A stretch of 19,898 nt of DNA. Source: Candidatus Sumerlaeota bacterium. GTDB taxonomy: Bacteria > Sumerlaeota > Sumerlaeia > JAPLSS01. The DNA lies in assembly GCA_026398515.1 (NCBI GenBank), contig JAPLSS010000504.1, positions 1 to 19,898 of the forward strand, written 5' to 3'. The position numbers and the translations under genes are program-made. Shown piece by piece: positions 17,095 to 19,898 of this stretch; position 1 is the first letter of the stretch; every line of letters begins with the position of its first letter. Under the pieces are notes generated by a model, which saw nothing but the letters and a program-made list of their open reading frames with translations, searched no databases and had not been told where the DNA came from.

Positions 17095-17411
17095 TGATCA
17101 CCCGCCTCTCGCCGCAAGGGGTGGAGGTGATCAGCCGCGCCCAGTTGATCAAACCCATGGTGAGCCAGTTGCCCCGGCGCGGCGGGGTCTGCTGGGCCCA
17201 CCCCGCCTTCGCCAATCGCCACGTTTACGCGCGCAACGACGAGGAGTTGGTCTGCGCGGATCTGACGGCGAAGTGTGCGAGTGGAACAGAATGTGTCAAC
17301 GCCGCCGCATGGCGTGGAGGGAAAGATGACGCATCCCGTATTTCTCAGACGCGTTGTTCTGAAGAACTACAAGAGCATTGCGAAATGCTCGGTCGCTTTG
17401 AATCCCCTTAA
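17037..17411 (+). pseudogene. displaced C-terminal blade of the PQQ beta-propeller gene (frameshift or sequencing error), over-running into the next gene
   Basis: The frame-0 translation DKVWLFTERGELMITRLSPQG...VCWAHPAFANRHVYARNDEELVCADL is the canonical last PQQ blade. That frame opens only after TGA 17019-17021, and no stop follows until 17411, 86 nt inside the downstream ATPase gene. Confidence 0.5.
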
Positions 17412-18543
17412 CTTCCTCGTGGGCCCCAATGGCGCGGGGAAAAGCAATTTCCTCGAAGCGCTGCGACTGGTTGCGGACGCGTTGAACACGTCTCTCGACC
17501 ACGCGTTGCGTGAACGAGGCGGGATTCAAGAGGTGCGTCGGCGTTCGTCTGGCCATCCAACGCATTTCGGCATTCGGCTGGAGTTCACGTTGCGGGACGA
17601 CGTCCAGGGACATTACGCCTTTCGCGTCGGCGCGAAGGAGAAAGGCGGATTCGAGGTCCAGGAGGAAGAGTGCCGCATAGAACCGGATTGGGGGAGCGCC
17701 TCGTTCTTCAAGGTCGAGTCCGGCGAGGTGAAGGATTCCAGCGCTCAGATATTGCCACCTGCCGCCGATGACCGCCTGTATCTGGTTGCTGCCGCGGGCT
17801 TACCCGAGTTTCGGCCTCTGTACGACGCCCTTTCGCACATGGGGTTCTACAACCTAAGCCCCGATGCGATTCGCGAGTTGCAGCCTCCCGATGCGGGTGA
17901 AACACTGAGTCGCGATGGCGGCAACTTGGCCAGTGTGCTCTCGCTCATGGAACGAGAGAACAAGGAGGCGCGCAATAGAGTCGTGGAGTTCTTGTCCGTC
18001 GTCGTTCCCGGCATTGTGGGGATCGAAACGAAGCATATCGCCAAGAAGGAAACCATCGAATTTCGGCAGAAGGTCGGCGGCAGCGCCAGCCCGTGGCGCT
18101 TCATGGCCGAGAACATGTCCGACGGGACATTGCGCGCGCTCGGCGTTCTGGCGGCATTGTTCCAGTCGGCGAACGGCGGAGCAAAGCGGGTGCCTCTTGT
18201 CGGAATCGAGGAACCCGAAGTGGCGGTCCACCCGGGAGCCGCGGGAGTTCTGCGCGACGCCCTGCGCGTAGCGTCCGCCAACACTCAAGTCTTGGTCACC
18301 AGCCACAGCCCCGATTTGCTGGATGACAAATCAATCGGCGATGAGTGCATCCTCGGAGTATCCAGCATCAACGGAGAGACCAAGATCGGACGACTGAATG
18401 ACGCGGAGCGATCGCTCATCCGTGATCGGCTATTCACGGCCGGCGAACTTCTGCGTTCAAGCGAACTTGGGCCCAATATCGAGCAGATCAACCAGATTCC
18501 CGCTCGACAACTCGAGCTTTTCGGCGAGGCCAGCCGTGAATGA
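17326..18543 (+). CDS. ABC/SMC-RecF-clade ATPase (AAA_15/AAA_21-like, OLD/AriA/GajA-type ATPase module)
   Basis: RBS GGAGGG lies 5 nt before ATG 17326. The N-terminus FLRRVVLKNYKSIAKCSVALNPLNFLVGPNGAGKSNFLEAL contains Walker A GPNGAGKS. Also present are an ABC-signature-like MSDGTLRAL, Walker B/D-loop VPLVGIEEPEVAVHP and H-loop VLVTSHSP. GC is visibly lower than in flanking genes. Confidence 0.8.
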   Translation: MTHPVFLRRVVLKNYKSIAKCSVALNPLNFLVGPNGAGKSNFLEALRLVADALNTSLDHALRERGGIQEVRRRSSGHPTHFGIRLEFTLRDDVQGHYAFRVGAKEKGGFEVQEEECRIEPDWGSASFFKVESGEVKDSSAQILPPAADDRLYLVAAAGLPEFRPLYDALSHMGFYNLSPDAIRELQPPDAGETLSRDGGNLASVLSLMERENKEARNRVVEFLSVVVPGIVGIETKHIAKKETIEFRQKVGGSASPWRFMAENMSDGTLRALGVLAALFQSANGGAKRVPLVGIEEPEVAVHPGAAGVLRDALRVASANTQVLVTSHSPDLLDDKSIGDECILGVSSINGETKIGRLNDAERSLIRDRLFTAGELLRSSELGPNIEQINQIPARQLELFGEASRE

Positions 18544-19144
18544 GATTCGACTGGCGGCCATTGTGGAAGGCCGTGCGGACGCCATAGCCCTTCCTCTTTT
18601 GACTCGGCGGATCGCCGGCGTGGTGGATCCTGCCCTGAGCATTCGGGTCCATCCCATTCTTCGAGTGCCGGCCTCGCGTCTCCTTAAAGAGGGGGAACTG
18701 GAACGCAGAATCGAGCAGGCGGCCCGCAATCTGGAAGGAAGAGGCGGCATCCTGATCTTGCTGGATTGCGACTGGAAAGACGGTTGTCCCGCCATCGATG
18801 GCCCGCGCTTGTTGGAACGAGCCCGCGCCGAGCGGCCGGACATACCCATCACTGTCGTGTTGGCCAAGAAGGAATTCGAGGCGTGGTTCATCGCCGCCGC
18901 TGCTTCACTGAGAGGGAAGAGGGAGTTGGCGGAGGATTTGACTCCTCCTTCGGCGCCTGAGGAGATCCGGGGCGCGAAGGAGTGGCTGTCGGCTCGCATG
19001 CCAAGAACACGACCCTGTGCCGAGACCATCGACCAGCCTGCCTTGACAGCGCAGTTCGATATGGACGCCGCGCGCCGAGGCGCGGACTCCTTTGACAAGT
19101 GCTATCGCGAGATCGTCCAGCTCTTGACGACGCTGCAGGGCTGA
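18536..19144 (+). CDS. DUF4276-like small protein with TOPRIM-like acidic motifs (putative nuclease partner of the ATPase)
   Basis: GTG 18536 overlaps the ATPase stop as GTGAATGA, indicating coupling. The protein is MNEIRLAAIVEGRADAIALPLL...ILILLDCDWKD...KKEFEAWFIAA. It has an N-terminal conserved Glu (IVEG), a DxD (LLDCD) and an E.EAW motif, a pattern I associate with DUF4276/TOPRIM-like domains. Confidence 0.6.
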   Translation: MNEIRLAAIVEGRADAIALPLLTRRIAGVVDPALSIRVHPILRVPASRLLKEGELERRIEQAARNLEGRGGILILLDCDWKDGCPAIDGPRLLERARAERPDIPITVVLAKKEFEAWFIAAAASLRGKRELAEDLTPPSAPEEIRGAKEWLSARMPRTRPCAETIDQPALTAQFDMDAARRGADSFDKCYREIVQLLTTLQG

Positions 19145-19177
19145 TAATCAACGCAATCGCGATAGGGATGAGCGAAG

Positions 19178-19206
19178 GGAGCGGCTTTGCCGCTCCGGTT
19201 CTTTCA
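19178..19206. terminator. putative bidirectional intrinsic terminator between convergent genes
   Basis: GGAGCGGC-tttg-GCCGCTCC is an 8-bp GC-rich stem with a 4-nt loop, followed by ggTTCTTTcaatc. It lies between the DUF4276-like stop (19144) and the thrS stop (19238). Confidence 0.5.
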
Positions 19207-19237
19207 ATCTGCTCGACGAACCTACGTCAATCAGACT

Positions 19238-19898
19238 TCATGCCTTCTTCACCGGCTCGTTGATCCGCTCATCGATTTCCTGGCGCGCCTGGGCGATCAT
19301 CGCGTCGATTGCGATTGCGCCTTGATCTCCCAGTTGCCGCCGCCGCAGCGCGACCTGGCCGCTGGCCGCTTCGTTCTTGCCGACGACGAGCATCAGCGGG
19401 ATCTTGCGCATCTCGGCCTCGCGGATCTTCTTGCCGATCTTCTCGTCCGACGGGTCGATTTCGGCGCGGATGCCGGCGTCGTTCAGTTGTTGCCACACCT
19501 GCTCCGCGTATTCGCGCTGGTCGGCGGAAATCGGCAGGACGATGGCCTGCACGGGCGCCAGCCACAGCGGGAAGTCGCCCGCCCAGTGCTCCGTCAGGAT
19601 TCCCAGGAAGCGCTCGATGGAGCCGAAGATCGCCCGGTGGATCATCACCGGACGCCGCCGCGAGCAGTCGGGCGCGATGTAAGTCAGGTCGAACCGTTCG
19701 GGCATCGAGAAGTCGACTTGGATCGTCCCGCACTGCCACGTGCGCTTCAGGCAGTCCTGGATGTGGAAATCGATCTTGGGGCCGTAGAACGCGCCGTCGC
19801 CGGGGTTGATCTTGAACTTCACACCCATCTCCACGAGCGACTCTTGCAGCGCCGACGTGGCCTTCTCCCAGATCTCGTCGGACCCCATGCTCTTCTCG
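19238..19898 (-). CDS. thrS: threonine--tRNA ligase, C-terminal part (gene continues beyond the window end)
   Basis: The sequence covers the class-II core, RTWQCGTIQVDFSMPERFDLTYIAPD...RPVMIHRAIFGSIERFLGILTEHWAGDFPLWLAP, and the anticodon-binding domain, AIVLPISADQREYAEQV...IRAEIDPSDEKIGKKIREAEMRKIPLMLVVGKNE. This is a highly conserved ThrRS C-terminus. Confidence 0.9.
   Translation of the reverse strand, partial: EKSMGSDEIWEKATSALQESLVEMGVKFKINPGDGAFYGPKIDFHIQDCLKRTWQCGTIQVDFSMPERFDLTYIAPDCSRRRPVMIHRAIFGSIERFLGILTEHWAGDFPLWLAPVQAIVLPISADQREYAEQVWQQLNDAGIRAEIDPSDEKIGKKIREAEMRKIPLMLVVGKNEAASGQVALRRRQLGDQGAIAIDAMIAQARQEIDERINEPVKKA

Noticed and set aside
18398-18535. ORF-track start (ATG 18398) for the DUF4276-like gene
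   Set aside because: That start lies 140 nt inside the ATPase coding region. The GTG at 18536, overlapping the ATPase stop, gives a protein that begins right at the conserved N-terminal motif (MNEIRLAAIVEG). The shorter, coupled model is preferred.

Overview
High-GC (~60-65% by eye) bacterial chromosomal segment. The gene content (Cys-type sulfatase, several secreted glycoside-hydrolase/BNR proteins, TAT signals, a PQQ-type beta-propeller) suggests a Planctomycetota/Verrucomicrobiota-like polysaccharide degrader, but that taxonomic guess is inference only. The window holds about 20 credible protein genes, no rRNA or tRNA, and no CRISPR array. Left part (1-2900): a DinB-like gene, an intact hicB antitoxin followed by a decayed hicA toxin remnant, a SEC-C-motif protein, and an orphan sdhB/frdB iron-sulfur subunit. 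Middle (3178-15165): a minus-strand block of secretome and catabolic genes. It comprises a clan-A glycoside hydrolase, an 844-aa FN3+BNR-repeat protein, a TAT sulfite-oxidase-family Mo-enzyme, an Arc-like RHH gene next to an SPFH/band-7 gene, a URO-D-family protein, a TAT sulfatase with an extra C-terminal domain, and a cytoplasmic beta-propeller. Right part (15265-19144): looks like a small defence/accessory islet. It contains a HepT/MntA toxin-antitoxin pair, a PQQ beta-propeller gene whose 3' end is frame-disrupted, and a translationally coupled two-gene module. That module is an ABC/SMC-type ATPase plus a ~200-aa acidic-motif protein (TOPRIM-like, DUF4276-like), in visibly lower-GC DNA, abutting the 3' end of thrS. 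I consider this ATPase + TOPRIM-like pair the best candidate for an uncharacterised, split OLD/PARIS/Gabija-like anti-phage system. Three unrelated ~90-bp intergenic elements, each a 28-35-bp near-perfect inverted repeat around a 25-33-nt core, and two operator-like repeat clusters near the Arc/SPFH genes, are also flagged.
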